A DNA stretch of 64,000 nt from Trueperaceae bacterium. GTDB lineage: Bacteria > Deinococcota > Deinococci > Deinococcales > Trueperaceae. The position numbers and the translations under genes were made by a program. This document shows positions 47,860-59,968 of the stretch, one piece after another. The notes beneath the pieces are model-generated. The model was not told the origin of the DNA. It worked only from the letters and a program-made list of their open reading frames with translations, and ran no database searches. The stretch is from assembly GCA_965213705.1 (NCBI GenBank), contig OZ243913.1, forward strand, positions 2,336,001 to 2,400,000, given 5' to 3'. Each line of letters opens with the position of its first letter. Within the stretch, counting starts at the first letter, position 1.

Positions 47860-50250
47860 ATGCGTCTTGTAACTCTTGGGGGGTTACAGCTAGACGGGGT
47901 CTCTTTCAACCGGGTCAAACCACTTCTTCTTCTCACCTACCTCGCACTTGAAGGTCCGCAGGAACGGCGGTACTTGGCCGAACTGTTTTGGCCCTTGGCG
48001 AGCAACCCCCTGAACAGCTTGTCGGTCGCCCTGATGCGGCTCAGGAAAGTGCTGCCGGGCAGCTTGGAGGCCGACGATACTCGAGCCTGGACAGGTATTG
48101 CGACCGATGTGGGTGAGTTGAACGCCAAGTTGAACGAGGGCGATTTCGAGGCGACGCGCCGCCTTTACGGCGGGCCGTTTGTGCACGGTGTGACGAACGA
48201 CTGGGGCGTCGAACTTGAAGAGTGGGTTTACGCCAAGCGTGAAGACTGCGCCGCGCGGGTGCAGCGCGCACTTCTCAAACTTGCTGAAAGCGAAGCGGCC
48301 CAGGGCCGTTTCGAAGCGGCGGCGCAGCGGGCCGAGGCGGGCTTTACCCTCGACTTCGCCCCCGAGCCGGAACCTGAAGACTTAGGCCGCCTGTACACGC
48401 TGTTGCAAGCGGGCGAAAGTCCGCTGGCGAGCAGGGTCAAAGAAGAAGCTGAAAGTTTCGACATCGCGCTGGGGTTGAGCGCGGCGGAGGCCAGAGCCCG
48501 CTTGCAGCGCGCCCTGCTGGGCCGCACGGAAGAGCAAGAATTACTGCGCTCTTTGGCCCCCGGCGAGTGGGCCTGGGTGCAGGGCCGCGCCGGGATGGGC
48601 AAGACGACGCTGCTGAAAAGCTTAAGCCCCCAGTTTTTGCCGGGCCGGAGCGGTCTGCCCTTCGCCACCGTCGCGCCGCTCGTCGGGCGGGCGCTGCAAG
48701 AAGGTGAAGGTGGCGTCCTGTACAAGCTGCGTGAAATACAGGGCACCCTGGCGATAGACAACTGGGAACTTGTGGACGCCGAGAGCCGGCGCGTGTTGCA
48801 AAAACTTTATGAGGTGGGCAGCGCGGCGCGCGTCGTCGTTTCGTCGCGGCAGAATCCGCCTTTCAAGCTTGACACGCGCGTCGAACTCGGTCCCTTGAGC
48901 CGGGAAGACTTGAGCACCGTGCCGGGCGCTTGGGAAAAAACCCAGGGCCTGCCCGCCTTTGTCGACGCTTTTTTGCGCGAGGACTCGCTGTCGCTGGTGC
49001 TCGAGGACAAACTCGAAGCCCTGTCGCCGCTGGCTTGTCAAGTCTACTTCGCCCTCACCCTCCTCGACGTACCCGACCCGGCCGCGGTGCGGCGGGCACT
49101 CCGCTTAAGCGCTACCGAGGCGGCCGAGGCCCTGGAAGACCTGCTGCGGCGCGGCTTCATCGAGCCGTCGGGCCAGGTGCGCGTGCGGCAGGCGGCGCAG
49201 GAGTACCTGAGCACGCGCCCCACGCTGCACGGCCCGCTCGCCTTGCAACTCGCTCGCGTGCTCGAGCCCGAGCGCGCCTTTCCGCTCTATCAGGCCGCCC
49301 GTCACCTGTGGCGCGACGAGGACGAACCCAGAGCCGTTGAAGCCTACCTTGCCTGGGCCGGAGAACTGCTCGAGCGCGGTTTTCCGCAGCGCGCGGTCGA
49401 GGTGTTGGACGACGCGCCCGTCGAGCGCCCGGTTACCTTTTTGAAAAGCCGCGCTTTAGAGCGGGCCGGGCGCTATCAAGAAGCTTTCGCCGCCGCCGTC
49501 CCGCTTGCCGAAACGCCGGGTGTACTCGCGCTGCGGGCCACGCTCCACTGGCGGTTGGGTAGGCCGGAGGAAGCGAGAGTGGCCGCCGAAGCCGCCCTGA
49601 AAGGGGAGATGTTCCCAAGGGCCGAAGGCTTAAACGTTCTGGGCCATTTAGACCTGTCCGCCGGGAAGCCTGAGACTGCTATGCAATTTTTTCGACGGGC
49701 GTCGGCGCTGTGGCTCGCGCTTGGCGAGACGACCCGCTGGGCTGGGTCGCTCAACAATTTAGCGCTTGCGCGAGTAGAGGTTGGTGAGAACGTCGAGACA
49801 GCTTTTGAAGAAGCTTTGGCGGCGGCGAGCCGTAATCTAAGGACTCAAGCCCTCGTAAAAATCAATTTAGGGCGCGAGTATGGTCGCCAGCACAGTTGGG
49901 AAAAAGCCGGCAGCGTTTTTGAAGAAGCCATTGCCTTGGCAGAGGAAACAGGTGAAGTTCGCCTTGCTAGCAATGCTTGGAACAATTTAGGTGTTTGTCT
50001 CGAGCAACATCAGCCCGAACAGGCGCGGCAAGCCTACAGGAAAGCTTTAGATTTGGCGCAGCGAGCTGGTGACCAGTTTATGGTGGCTGGCTCGCTGTCC
50101 AACCTAGCCGAACTCGAGGGCGACGCCGAAGCCTGGGAGGAGGCCATGCGGCTGTTCGAGGCGACGGGCAACCACGCCATCGTCGAGCAAAAACGCGCCC
50201 GTATCCCGCTCGACCACCCGGTCAGGCGGCGGTCAGGGCAAACTCATTAG
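47860..50250 (+). CDS. SARP-like regulator (wHTH/BTAD + P-loop + TPR)
   Basis: KPLLLLTYLALEG..RRYLAELFWP, LYGGPF, GRAGMGKTT, C-terminal TPRs (NNLG). Confidence 0.82.
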   Translation: MRLVTLGGLQLDGVSFNRVKPLLLLTYLALEGPQERRYLAELFWPLASNPLNSLSVALMRLRKVLPGSLEADDTRAWTGIATDVGELNAKLNEGDFEATRRLYGGPFVHGVTNDWGVELEEWVYAKREDCAARVQRALLKLAESEAAQGRFEAAAQRAEAGFTLDFAPEPEPEDLGRLYTLLQAGESPLASRVKEEAESFDIALGLSAAEARARLQRALLGRTEEQELLRSLAPGEWAWVQGRAGMGKTTLLKSLSPQFLPGRSGLPFATVAPLVGRALQEGEGGVLYKLREIQGTLAIDNWELVDAESRRVLQKLYEVGSAARVVVSSRQNPPFKLDTRVELGPLSREDLSTVPGAWEKTQGLPAFVDAFLREDSLSLVLEDKLEALSPLACQVYFALTLLDVPDPAAVRRALRLSATEAAEALEDLLRRGFIEPSGQVRVRQAAQEYLSTRPTLHGPLALQLARVLEPERAFPLYQAARHLWRDEDEPRAVEAYLAWAGELLERGFPQRAVEVLDDAPVERPVTFLKSRALERAGRYQEAFAAAVPLAETPGVLALRATLHWRLGRPEEARVAAEAALKGEMFPRAEGLNVLGHLDLSAGKPETAMQFFRRASALWLALGETTRWAGSLNNLALARVEVGENVETAFEEALAAASRNLRTQALVKINLGREYGRQHSWEKAGSVFEEAIALAEETGEVRLASNAWNNLGVCLEQHQPEQARQAYRKALDLAQRAGDQFMVAGSLSNLAELEGDAEAWEEAMRLFEATGNHAIVEQKRARIPLDHPVRRRSGQTH

Positions 50251-50286
50251 CTTGGGGGCGAAACGTCGGTTTAACCGGAGGTGGGT

Positions 50287-51840
50287 ATGAAAACAGGCTT
50301 GTTGATTGGGGTCGTTCTAGTCTTGGTAGTCGGGTGTACGCCAAGGGCCGAAGTTCCTACAGAAGAGGTTACGTTTGCGGTCGAGGAGGCTGCGCAGGGA
50401 GAATACGTCGCGGCGCGCTTAGGCGGTTTCAGCCTCGAGCTTTCTGCCAAGGTGAGTGTTTCGGTCGGCGGCGTGCCCGCCAGGGTCGTGTCGTTCAACG
50501 AGCGCGTCGTTGTGTTCGAAGTGCCACTGAAAGCCCGTGAGACGGCTGAACTCGTCCCGGTCGTCGTGTCGGACGGCCGCGTCACGGCTGAGGGACGCTT
50601 AAAAATCCTCGGTGAGGTCGTTCCCGGAAGAGTTATTTTGCTCGTGTTGCCGGATGTCGATTTGACCGCTGGGCTAAGCCAAGCCTTGCAAAACTTTTTC
50701 GAGCGCGAAGACGGCCTGTTCCGTGGCCTGCAAACCGTGACGGGCGAACCTGTGGGGCCAGGGATTGAAGAACGGCGCACGCTCCTTAATCCGCTGAGTG
50801 ACACGGGTTTTGAGGGCAGTATCGAAGAAAATATGAGCTTGTTAAGGGAAACCGGCTCGCCTTGCTTGGGTGACTTGGTGATTTTAGACCTCAACGGTGT
50901 TCCCCTCGAGGAAATCCTGCAAGAACTTGCCGAAGTAAACTTACCCGGTGACGGTGATATGTACGGAGCTGGCGACCAGAGCGGAGAAGAAGCTCTAAAA
51001 ACCATCGGTATCGACCCCACCGCCCGGCTTTTTACAGGCTTGGGCGTTACCATCGCCGTTTTGGACTCGGGGCTAGACCGAGAACTGTTCGGCAGGCCCT
51101 GGCTCGAGACTTTGGCCTACAACTTCGTCAGCGACAGCAGAACGAACCTTGACGTCTACGCCCTGCACGGCACCGCCGCCGCCCTGGCCGCCGCCGGTGT
51201 CGGGGTCGGCGTGGCCCCGGCCGCCGACCTCCTCCCCCTGAAAGTTTGTGACGGCGACGACGTGCGCTGCCGGGCGGACCATGTGGCCCTGGGCATTTGC
51301 CACGCGCTTGTCCACGCGCCGCGCGGCCCCGAAAACCTTGTCATGAACCTCAGCTTCGGCAGCCCGCTCGACGTCACCGTGCATGAACTGCTCTTGGAGC
51401 ACGCCGTGACCAGGCTCGGCGTCGGCGTCGCGGCGTCGGCGGGCAACGAGGCTGGTTTGGGCTCGCCCCCACACTATCCGGCGGCTTACACATTTGTTAC
51501 CGAGACCCCCCGAGAAACAGGTGACGGCCTTATCGCGGTGGCGGCCCTGGACGCTAACTTGCAACCGTGGGCGGGCGGGACAAAGGGCGGCTACATCGAC
51601 GTGACCGCGCCCGGTGTCAACCTGCTCGACGGCGGCCTCGGGACTTCTTTTTCTGCGCCCTACGCGGCGGGCGCGGTGGCGCTGTTCAAAGAAGCCTCCG
51701 GCGGCCGACTGTCGCCCGGTGAGATTGAAGTGTGTCTCGAGCAGGGTGCCGACGCCAGCGCCGGGTTCGCCGCGGACGAGGTCGGCAGCGGCGTGTTGAA
51801 CGTGGCCGACGCTTTGAAAATCTGTGGGCTCGTCCCCTAG
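50287..51840 (+). CDS. S8 subtilase-family serine protease, putative lipoprotein
   Basis: Lipobox-like VVGC; catalytic IAVLDSG, HGT, GTSFSAP; oxyanion SAGN. Confidence 0.88.
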   Translation: MKTGLLIGVVLVLVVGCTPRAEVPTEEVTFAVEEAAQGEYVAARLGGFSLELSAKVSVSVGGVPARVVSFNERVVVFEVPLKARETAELVPVVVSDGRVTAEGRLKILGEVVPGRVILLVLPDVDLTAGLSQALQNFFEREDGLFRGLQTVTGEPVGPGIEERRTLLNPLSDTGFEGSIEENMSLLRETGSPCLGDLVILDLNGVPLEEILQELAEVNLPGDGDMYGAGDQSGEEALKTIGIDPTARLFTGLGVTIAVLDSGLDRELFGRPWLETLAYNFVSDSRTNLDVYALHGTAAALAAAGVGVGVAPAADLLPLKVCDGDDVRCRADHVALGICHALVHAPRGPENLVMNLSFGSPLDVTVHELLLEHAVTRLGVGVAASAGNEAGLGSPPHYPAAYTFVTETPRETGDGLIAVAALDANLQPWAGGTKGGYIDVTAPGVNLLDGGLGTSFSAPYAAGAVALFKEASGGRLSPGEIEVCLEQGADASAGFAADEVGSGVLNVADALKICGLVP

Positions 51841-51856
51841 CATTGCGAAAAGTTTG

Positions 51857-51884
51857 AAGGGCCTCGAGTACCCTCGAGGCCCTT
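51857..51884. terminator. Probable bidirectional terminator hairpin between convergent genes
   Basis: aagggcctcgag-tacc-ctcgaggccctt, then ttg. Confidence 0.7.
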
Positions 51885-51910
51885 TTGCCGTGGTCTCTTC
51901 GCCGCGCTTT

Positions 51911-52792
51911 CTACGGCTGCGCAATGGCCGCCGCGCCGATGACGCCTGCGTCGGTGCCGAGTTCGGCCGCGCGGATGTCGACCGGCGCGAAGCCCGCCGC
52001 GAACCGCTCGGCGGCAGCGCGAATTTTGTCGAGGTAAAACGCGCCCACCCCGCTCATGCCGCCGCCGAGGACGAAGCCGTCGGGGTCCAAAATCTTGAGG
52101 AGGTTGGCGACGCCGAGGCCGGTGAACGTCGCGGCCTGGTCGACGACGGCCAGGGCTTTGGGCTCGCCGGCCTGAGCCCGCTCGAACACCTCCTGGGTGC
52201 TCAAGCTTGCGCCGTAACTGAACGACGCGTCCCGCGCTATGGCCCGCCCCGACGCTAAAGCTTCCCAGCAGCCGTGGTGGCCGCAGCCGCACAGCGGGCC
52301 GCCCGGCAGCAGCGTCATGTGGCCGACCTCGCCCGCCGCCCCGGTCGCGCCGTGAATGACTGCGTCCCCGACGAACACGCCGCCGCCGATGCCGGTCGAC
52401 AAGGTGATGTAGACGCTGCTGGTCAAGTCTCGAGCCGCGCCGTAGCGGTGCTCGGCGTAACCCGCGGCGTTGGCGTCGTTCTCGAGGGTGATGTGCAAGC
52501 CCAACGCCTCTTGCAAAAGCGCCACGAGCGGGACGTTTCGGAAGCCCGGGATGTTCGGCGCGAACACGACGACGCCGTTTCTCAGGTCGAGCGGCCCCGG
52601 CGAACCGACGCCCACGCCGCGCACCTCCGGGTGTTCGGCGAGCAGCGTTTGTGCGGTCGTCGCCAGCGCCGTCACGACGGCCTCTAAGCCGGTCTGCGGC
52701 GTGGCGACGCGGCGCTGCGCCAAGATGACGCCGTCGTCGACCACCGCCGCTGCGATTTTGGTACCGCCTAAGTCCAGCCCGAGCGTTTTCAT
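51911..52792 (-). CDS. ROK-family sugar kinase (glucokinase-like)
   Basis: GLDLGGTK, ENDANAA, GEVGH, CGCGHHGCWE. Confidence 0.92.
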   Translation of the reverse strand: MKTLGLDLGGTKIAAAVVDDGVILAQRRVATPQTGLEAVVTALATTAQTLLAEHPEVRGVGVGSPGPLDLRNGVVVFAPNIPGFRNVPLVALLQEALGLHITLENDANAAGYAEHRYGAARDLTSSVYITLSTGIGGGVFVGDAVIHGATGAAGEVGHMTLLPGGPLCGCGHHGCWEALASGRAIARDASFSYGASLSTQEVFERAQAGEPKALAVVDQAATFTGLGVANLLKILDPDGFVLGGGMSGVGAFYLDKIRAAAERFAAGFAPVDIRAAELGTDAGVIGAAAIAQP

Positions 52793-52855
52793 GGTGAGAC
52801 ACGCTAACCCGCTTGCCGTAACGCCGTCAAACCGTGTAGCGTCGTCAAAACGGTT

Positions 52856-54337
52856 TCAATCGAGATAGGTCACTATCAACTGCGACTCGGTGTCGCTGTC
52901 TTCGAACGAGGTGGCGCGTCGCCGATTCGTGCCGTTCAGGGGGTCGCCTTCGATGACGAACACCAGGCCGTTGCTGCTCTGCTGCCAACCGGGCAAGTCG
53001 TTGACTTCCTGGACTATCTTTGCGAGGTTGGGGGTCAGGGCGGCCGGGTCGCGGCGGGTGCCTTCTTTGGACAGCCAAGGTGGGGGCTCCCACACGGCGA
53101 CCTCACTCGTCCGCGGCCGGCTCGAGATGTCGCCTACGCCCTGATGAACGAACGTCAAGGCCTGCGGGTTCGCTTGGCCGTAAACGTACAGCTTGACGTA
53201 GCCGCTCGTCTCGTGGTCGACGGTGAACTGGATGCGCGCGTCCAAAATCGTCGCCTTGGGCGGGATGCCTAAGTCGGTGAAGCGTAAACCGATGAGCTGG
53301 TCCGTGTCGACGAAGTCGGTGTTGTAGGTCAGGTCGATGTCGCCGCTTTTGATGTCGACGGCGTTGGCCGGAAAGTCCTCGTTGCGGTCCGGCCCCTTTT
53401 CCCGCGGCACGTTGTTCACCGCGCTCAGGTACTGTTCCGCGTCGTCCGAGGGTCTACGGACGGGCACCACGATTTTCTTTTCCGCGCCGCCGCCGCGGTT
53501 GAAAGTCGCTGTGACTTGCGCGTTGGAACTCAGCGTGACGGAGCAACTGCTCGCTGCCGGGGCGGGGCAGTTTTGCCAACCCGTAAAAACCGAGCCCGCG
53601 TTTTCACGCGCACTCAAGATGACGGTGGAACCTGCCAAAAAGTCGCTTTCGCAGTCGCTGCCGCACTCTATGCCGGTCGGGTTGCTGGTGACCGCGCCGC
53701 TGCCGCTGCCGGCTTTGAGAACCTCGAGCGTGTACAGGGACGGGTCGGGGCTTACGGTGTCGAACAGGGCCGTGACCGTCTTGGGCGCGTCCAGGGTGAG
53801 CTGGCAGGTGGTGCCCGAGCAGTCACCGGCCCAACCCGTAAAGACAGCACCGCTGTCCGGGCTGGCTTGCAGCGTGACGGCGCTGCCCGCTTTGAGCGCG
53901 ACCTCGCAAGCGTCGCGGCACAGGGCAACCTCCTCACCGGCCTCCAAAACCCGCACCGTTCCGCTGCCGCTGCCTGCCTGAGCAAGCGTCAGGACAAAGG
54001 TCTTTTCGGCAAAGGTGGCGCGCACGGCCTTGTCGGCGTTCATGACGACCTCGCAGCTGGGCGCGGCGGGGTCGCTACAGTCGCCGTCCCAGCCCTCGAA
54101 CACCGAGCCGTCGTCGGCGGCGGCGGTGAGCCGGACGGTTTCACCCGCGGCGAACGGTGCGGTCACGTCCTCCCGGTAGGCGGTGACGTCCGCCGCCTGC
54201 ACCTCGACCGTCCCGCTGCCCTCGCCCAAAAAATTTACCGTGAGGGCGGGGGAGACGTCGGAGCTGTTGTTGCAAGCGGCTAGGAGGGCGGTGGCGGTAA
54301 GCAAGACGGCGTAGCGCGAGAAAGCTCTTGGGTTCAT
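52856..54337 (-). CDS. Lipoprotein with three InlB-B-repeat-like beta domains and a C-terminal beta-sandwich
   Basis: LAAC lipobox; three GSGSG.V...SVF.GW.G.C...C.V...TA.F repeats. Confidence 0.75.
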   Translation of the reverse strand: MNPRAFSRYAVLLTATALLAACNNSSDVSPALTVNFLGEGSGTVEVQAADVTAYREDVTAPFAAGETVRLTAAADDGSVFEGWDGDCSDPAAPSCEVVMNADKAVRATFAEKTFVLTLAQAGSGSGTVRVLEAGEEVALCRDACEVALKAGSAVTLQASPDSGAVFTGWAGDCSGTTCQLTLDAPKTVTALFDTVSPDPSLYTLEVLKAGSGSGAVTSNPTGIECGSDCESDFLAGSTVILSARENAGSVFTGWQNCPAPAASSCSVTLSSNAQVTATFNRGGGAEKKIVVPVRRPSDDAEQYLSAVNNVPREKGPDRNEDFPANAVDIKSGDIDLTYNTDFVDTDQLIGLRFTDLGIPPKATILDARIQFTVDHETSGYVKLYVYGQANPQALTFVHQGVGDISSRPRTSEVAVWEPPPWLSKEGTRRDPAALTPNLAKIVQEVNDLPGWQQSSNGLVFVIEGDPLNGTNRRRATSFEDSDTESQLIVTYLD

Positions 54338-54432
54338 GACGTTGCCTTTCGAGGTGAGGGCGTGCCCTCTTGAATTTACAGCTTTTGTCTTGGTGCGGTT
54401 TTTGGGCGGGGTCCTAATTCGGGCGCTTCAGG

Positions 54433-56390
<1,958 letters not shown>

Positions 56391-56406
56391 GCGCAGCAGG
56401 GTCCGA

Positions 56407-56706
56407 CTAGACGCCGAAATCTTGCGGCCTGCCTCGCTGAAAGGTGAGTTTGGGCGTGTAGCGCAGGTTCAAACTCGCGGCGACCTCGCGCTGCAGGTGA
56501 CCGCTGGCCCCGTTGAGCGCTTCCAAAAGGTCGTCGTAGGCGTCATCTTCTAGGGTGCTCACCGACACTTCGGCGCTGCGCCCGTCCCCGGTCACCTGAA
56601 CCTCTTCGACGGTAACCACCAGCGGCACACGCGGGTCGCGCAAGGTGGTGATGAGGTTGGAGAGTTCACGCTGCAGGGTCTGCTCTAACTTGGCGAATTT
56701 GCTCAT
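56407..56706 (-). CDS. rbfA: Ribosome-binding factor A
   Basis: LRDPRV, LNGASGHLQREVA..LNLRYTPKLTF. Confidence 0.9.
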   Translation of the reverse strand: MSKFAKLEQTLQRELSNLITTLRDPRVPLVVTVEEVQVTGDGRSAEVSVSTLEDDAYDDLLEALNGASGHLQREVAASLNLRYTPKLTFQRGRPQDFGV

Positions 56707-56835
56707 GCCCGCCAGGATAACAGAGGCGCGTCCTGCTTAGGGTTGTCGGCGCTCTCACCGTGACCCCGGCCAAAACAGACCTTGTAGACAGGCCTTGTAG
56801 TGGCCTGTCGTGGCAGTGGCCTATTATACTGGATC

Positions 56836-58014
56836 GTGACGGTCACCCTTCCCAAAGCCGCGGCGCGAAGGCTGCTCGCCCACCACCACTTTCGACAATG
56901 GGATGTAGAAACGGTGTTGGCGCGCCTCGGCAGCGTCCAGTTCGACCCGTTGAAACCCGTCGGGCGCAACCACGACCTCGTGTTGCAGGCTCGCGTTCCC
57001 GGTTACCGAGTAGACGACTGGGAACGCCTCGCTTACAAAGACCGCTTTCTCCTCGACGCCTGGGACAAACAAGCCTCGCTCGTGCTGACGAAAGACTGGC
57101 CCGTGCGCCGTGTCTACCACGCTTGGCACGAACCTCGTTGGCGCGAGCGCGTTTTGGACGCGCATCCGGAGGCTGTCGACACCGTGCTTGCCGAACTGCG
57201 TGAGCGCGGGCCGCTGACCTCGAGCGCGTTCAGGTTTCAAATTCACAAAGACGAGTGGCGGGGTTCCTGGTACGGCCCCAAACTCACCAAGCACGTGCTG
57301 CGCGCGCTGTGGCACACGGGCCGCGTGCTCACGCACGGCCGCAAAAACGGCCACCACGTTTACGATCTTGCCGAGCGCGTCGTGCCCGCTGAATACTTTC
57401 ACGCGGCCACGGTAAGCGAGCGCGAAAGCGTCGAGTGGCTCGTCAAGTTGCGGCACCGGGCCGTCGGCCTGCTCCGCCCCAACGCGAGTTGGGAGGTGTG
57501 GAGTTTCGGTCTAAAGGCGGCGGAGAAAAACCGGGTCATCGCCGACCTCGCACGGCGCGGCGAACTCGTCCCCGTCGAAGTCGAAGGGGTGCGCTTCCAC
57601 GCGTTGCCGGGTGTGCTCGAGACCCTGGACACCGCCCAACCCGTCAACCGCATGGTTTTCGTCGCCCCGCTCGACCAAATCGTCTGGGACAGAAAGGCCG
57701 TGGCGCACCTGTTCGGCTTCGACTACGTTTGGGAGGTCTACAAACCTGTTCAGGACCGCAAGTGGGGTTACTACGTGTTGCCGGTCTTCTACCGCGACCG
57801 CTTCGTGGCGCGCTTCGACTCGAGGCTTAAAAACGGCGTTTGGGAACTCTACGCCTGGTACTGGGAGCCGGGTGTGACGCCGGACGCCGACATGCTCTCA
57901 GCTTTGGAAAAAGCGGTGGCGCGCTTCAAAACGTATCTCGGCGCTGAAAAAGTGAAGCTGCCGCGGGGCCTGGACAAGGGCACGCGGGCCGCGTGGCAGG
58001 CGGGAGCGAAATAG
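56836..58014 (+). CDS. YcaQ/AlkZ-family crosslink-repair DNA glycosylase
   Basis: VQFDPL..VGRNHDLVL, APLDQIVWDR, WEVYKP..RKWGYYVLP. Confidence 0.85.
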   Translation: MTVTLPKAAARRLLAHHHFRQWDVETVLARLGSVQFDPLKPVGRNHDLVLQARVPGYRVDDWERLAYKDRFLLDAWDKQASLVLTKDWPVRRVYHAWHEPRWRERVLDAHPEAVDTVLAELRERGPLTSSAFRFQIHKDEWRGSWYGPKLTKHVLRALWHTGRVLTHGRKNGHHVYDLAERVVPAEYFHAATVSERESVEWLVKLRHRAVGLLRPNASWEVWSFGLKAAEKNRVIADLARRGELVPVEVEGVRFHALPGVLETLDTAQPVNRMVFVAPLDQIVWDRKAVAHLFGFDYVWEVYKPVQDRKWGYYVLPVFYRDRFVARFDSRLKNGVWELYAWYWEPGVTPDADMLSALEKAVARFKTYLGAEKVKLPRGLDKGTRAAWQAGAK

Positions 58015-58458
58015 ATGGAGCTTCAAGTAGGCGAGTATACCGTCAGCACGGACAAAACTAAGCTTGAGCTGGACGTGATTCACGGCTTTCTCTTCACCTG
58101 CTACTGGTCTAAGGGCGTTCCGAGAGAGGTCGTGGCGCGGTCTCTCGAGCACTCGCTCTGCTTCGGTGTCTACAAGGGTCGGGAGCAGGTGGGGCTGGCC
58201 CGCGTCGTTACCGACTACGCGACGTTCGTGTATGTCGCCGACGTGTTTGTGCTCGAGGTCCACCGGGGGCGAGGTCTGAGTGTCGCCCTGATGGATGCGG
58301 TCGTAAACCATCCTGATTTGGCGGGCGTGCGAACTTGGCTGCTCTTGACCTCGGATGCCCACGGCCTCTACCGCAAGTTCGGTTTCGAGGTTTTTGAAAA
58401 CGAGCGTGTGATGCGGCGGAAGGTGCCGTATCCCTACAGGCTCGAGGAGCCTCTTTAA
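58015..58458 (+). CDS. GNAT-family acetyltransferase
   Basis: ARVVTDYATFVYVADVFV..HRGRGL, DAHGLYRKFGF. Confidence 0.9.
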   Translation: MELQVGEYTVSTDKTKLELDVIHGFLFTCYWSKGVPREVVARSLEHSLCFGVYKGREQVGLARVVTDYATFVYVADVFVLEVHRGRGLSVALMDAVVNHPDLAGVRTWLLLTSDAHGLYRKFGFEVFENERVMRRKVPYPYRLEEPL

Positions 58459-58482
58459 CAAGCTTGTGCTAGCATATATGTC

Positions 58483-58773
58483 ATGAAGCGCACCACGGTT
58501 TATTTAGAAGAAGAAACCGACCTCGAGCTTAAGCGCTTGGCGAAACGAGAGGGATGTTCGAAAGCTGAACTCATCCGCGGGGTTCTGAGCGGACACGTTG
58601 AGGAGGCCAAAAAGAAACCTTTCCAGTTACCTGACTGGGTGGGAATGGGCCGGAGTGAGGTCTCTTACACGCCGGAAGAGGAAGAAGCGCTGCTGGGACG
58701 GCTTATCGAAAAAGACTACGCGCGCATCATGGCGGATTGGGAGGCGCACGAACGTAACGATGATTCTGGCTGA
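58483..58773 (+). CDS. Ribbon-helix-helix antitoxin (VapB-like)
   Basis: MKRTTVYL...LKRLAKREG.SKAELIR; overlaps the PIN gene. Confidence 0.82.
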   Translation: MKRTTVYLEEETDLELKRLAKREGCSKAELIRGVLSGHVEEAKKKPFQLPDWVGMGRSEVSYTPEEEEALLGRLIEKDYARIMADWEAHERNDDSG

Positions 58774-59158
58774 TACGAGCGGTATCCTCGTGCTTTTGGA
58801 TCCACGTCACGAGCGTCATGAGGCGGCGAAGCGCTACCTGCCCGATTTGCTCATCCCTACTTCCATTCTCTGCGAGGTGGACTACCTGGCGAGCGAGCGC
58901 TTTGGTCCACTGGCCGCCCGCAGGTTCTTAGCGAGTCTTGCAGAGGCGAAGTTCCCGTTTCTCGACCTTGATTTGCTAGATATTCAGCTTACTTACGCGT
59001 TGATGGAGCAGTATGCCGACGCAAATATTGGTTTCGTAGACGCGAGCATCGTGGCGCTCGCTGAACGTCACAAAATAAATAGAATCCTGACTCTTGACCG
59101 AAAACACTTCAGCTTTGTAAAAGCTCCGACTCTGGGGATTTTGGCATCTTTGCCGTGA
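58760..59158 (+). CDS. PIN-domain toxin (VapC-like)
   Basis: ILADTSG, ILCEV, FVDASIVALAE, TLDRKHF. Confidence 0.88.
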   Translation: MILADTSGILVLLDPRHERHEAAKRYLPDLLIPTSILCEVDYLASERFGPLAARRFLASLAEAKFPFLDLDLLDIQLTYALMEQYADANIGFVDASIVALAERHKINRILTLDRKHFSFVKAPTLGILASLP

Positions 59159-59958
59159 TTGTCGTCAAAGTCGGCGGCTCTTTGGGCATCGACTACGACG
59201 CCCTCTGCGCCGACGTGGCCGAACTTTGGAAAGCGGGCCGGAAGCTCGTCCTCGTCCACGGTGGCAGCGCCGAGACGAACCGCGTCGCCGCAGCGCTCGG
59301 GCACCCGCCCAAGTTCGTTACCTCCCCGAGCGGCTACACCAGCCGCTTTACCGACCGTGAAACCCTGGAGATTTTCGAGATGGTCTACTGCGGCAAGGTG
59401 AACAAAGGAATCGTCGAGCGCTTGCAGAAGTCGGCGGTCAACGCGGTCGGACTTTCGGGACTTGACGGCCGCATCTTCGAGGGCAGACACAAAGACTCGG
59501 TGCGCAGCGTCGAAGACGGCAAAACGAAGATTTTGCGCGGCGACCACACGGGCACCGTCGAGCGGGTGAACGTGGGTCTGCTCGAGCTGCTTCTTTCGAA
59601 CAACTACCTGCCCGTCTTGACCCCCCCGGGTGCGAGCTTTGAAGGCGTCGCCGTGAACGTCGACGGCGACCGGGCGGCGGCGGCGGTGGCCGTGGCGCTG
59701 AAAGCCGAAACCCTCTTACTGCTTTCCAACGTGCCGGGTTTGCTGCGTGACTTTCCGGACGAGAGCACGCTTATAGAAAGTATTCCCGCTCGAGACGTCG
59801 AAAGTTTTATGGCGTTCGCCGAAGGCCGCATGAAAAAGAAAGTCCTGGGCGCGGCCGAGGCGGTCGCGGGCGGGGTGGGCAGGGTGGTTTTCGGGGACGC
59901 TCGAGTTCCATCTCCTATCCAACAGGCTCTTGCCGGACGCGGCACGGTCGTATTATAG
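59155..59958 (+). CDS. lysZ: [LysW]-aminoadipate/glutamate kinase
   Basis: MIVVKVGGS, VHGGS, SPSGYTSRFTD, NVDGDRAAA, GRMKKKV. Confidence 0.92.
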   Translation: MIVVKVGGSLGIDYDALCADVAELWKAGRKLVLVHGGSAETNRVAAALGHPPKFVTSPSGYTSRFTDRETLEIFEMVYCGKVNKGIVERLQKSAVNAVGLSGLDGRIFEGRHKDSVRSVEDGKTKILRGDHTGTVERVNVGLLELLLSNNYLPVLTPPGASFEGVAVNVDGDRAAAAVAVALKAETLLLLSNVPGLLRDFPDESTLIESIPARDVESFMAFAEGRMKKKVLGAAEAVAGGVGRVVFGDARVPSPIQQALAGRGTVVL

Positions 59959-59968
59959 TCGCGCCATT

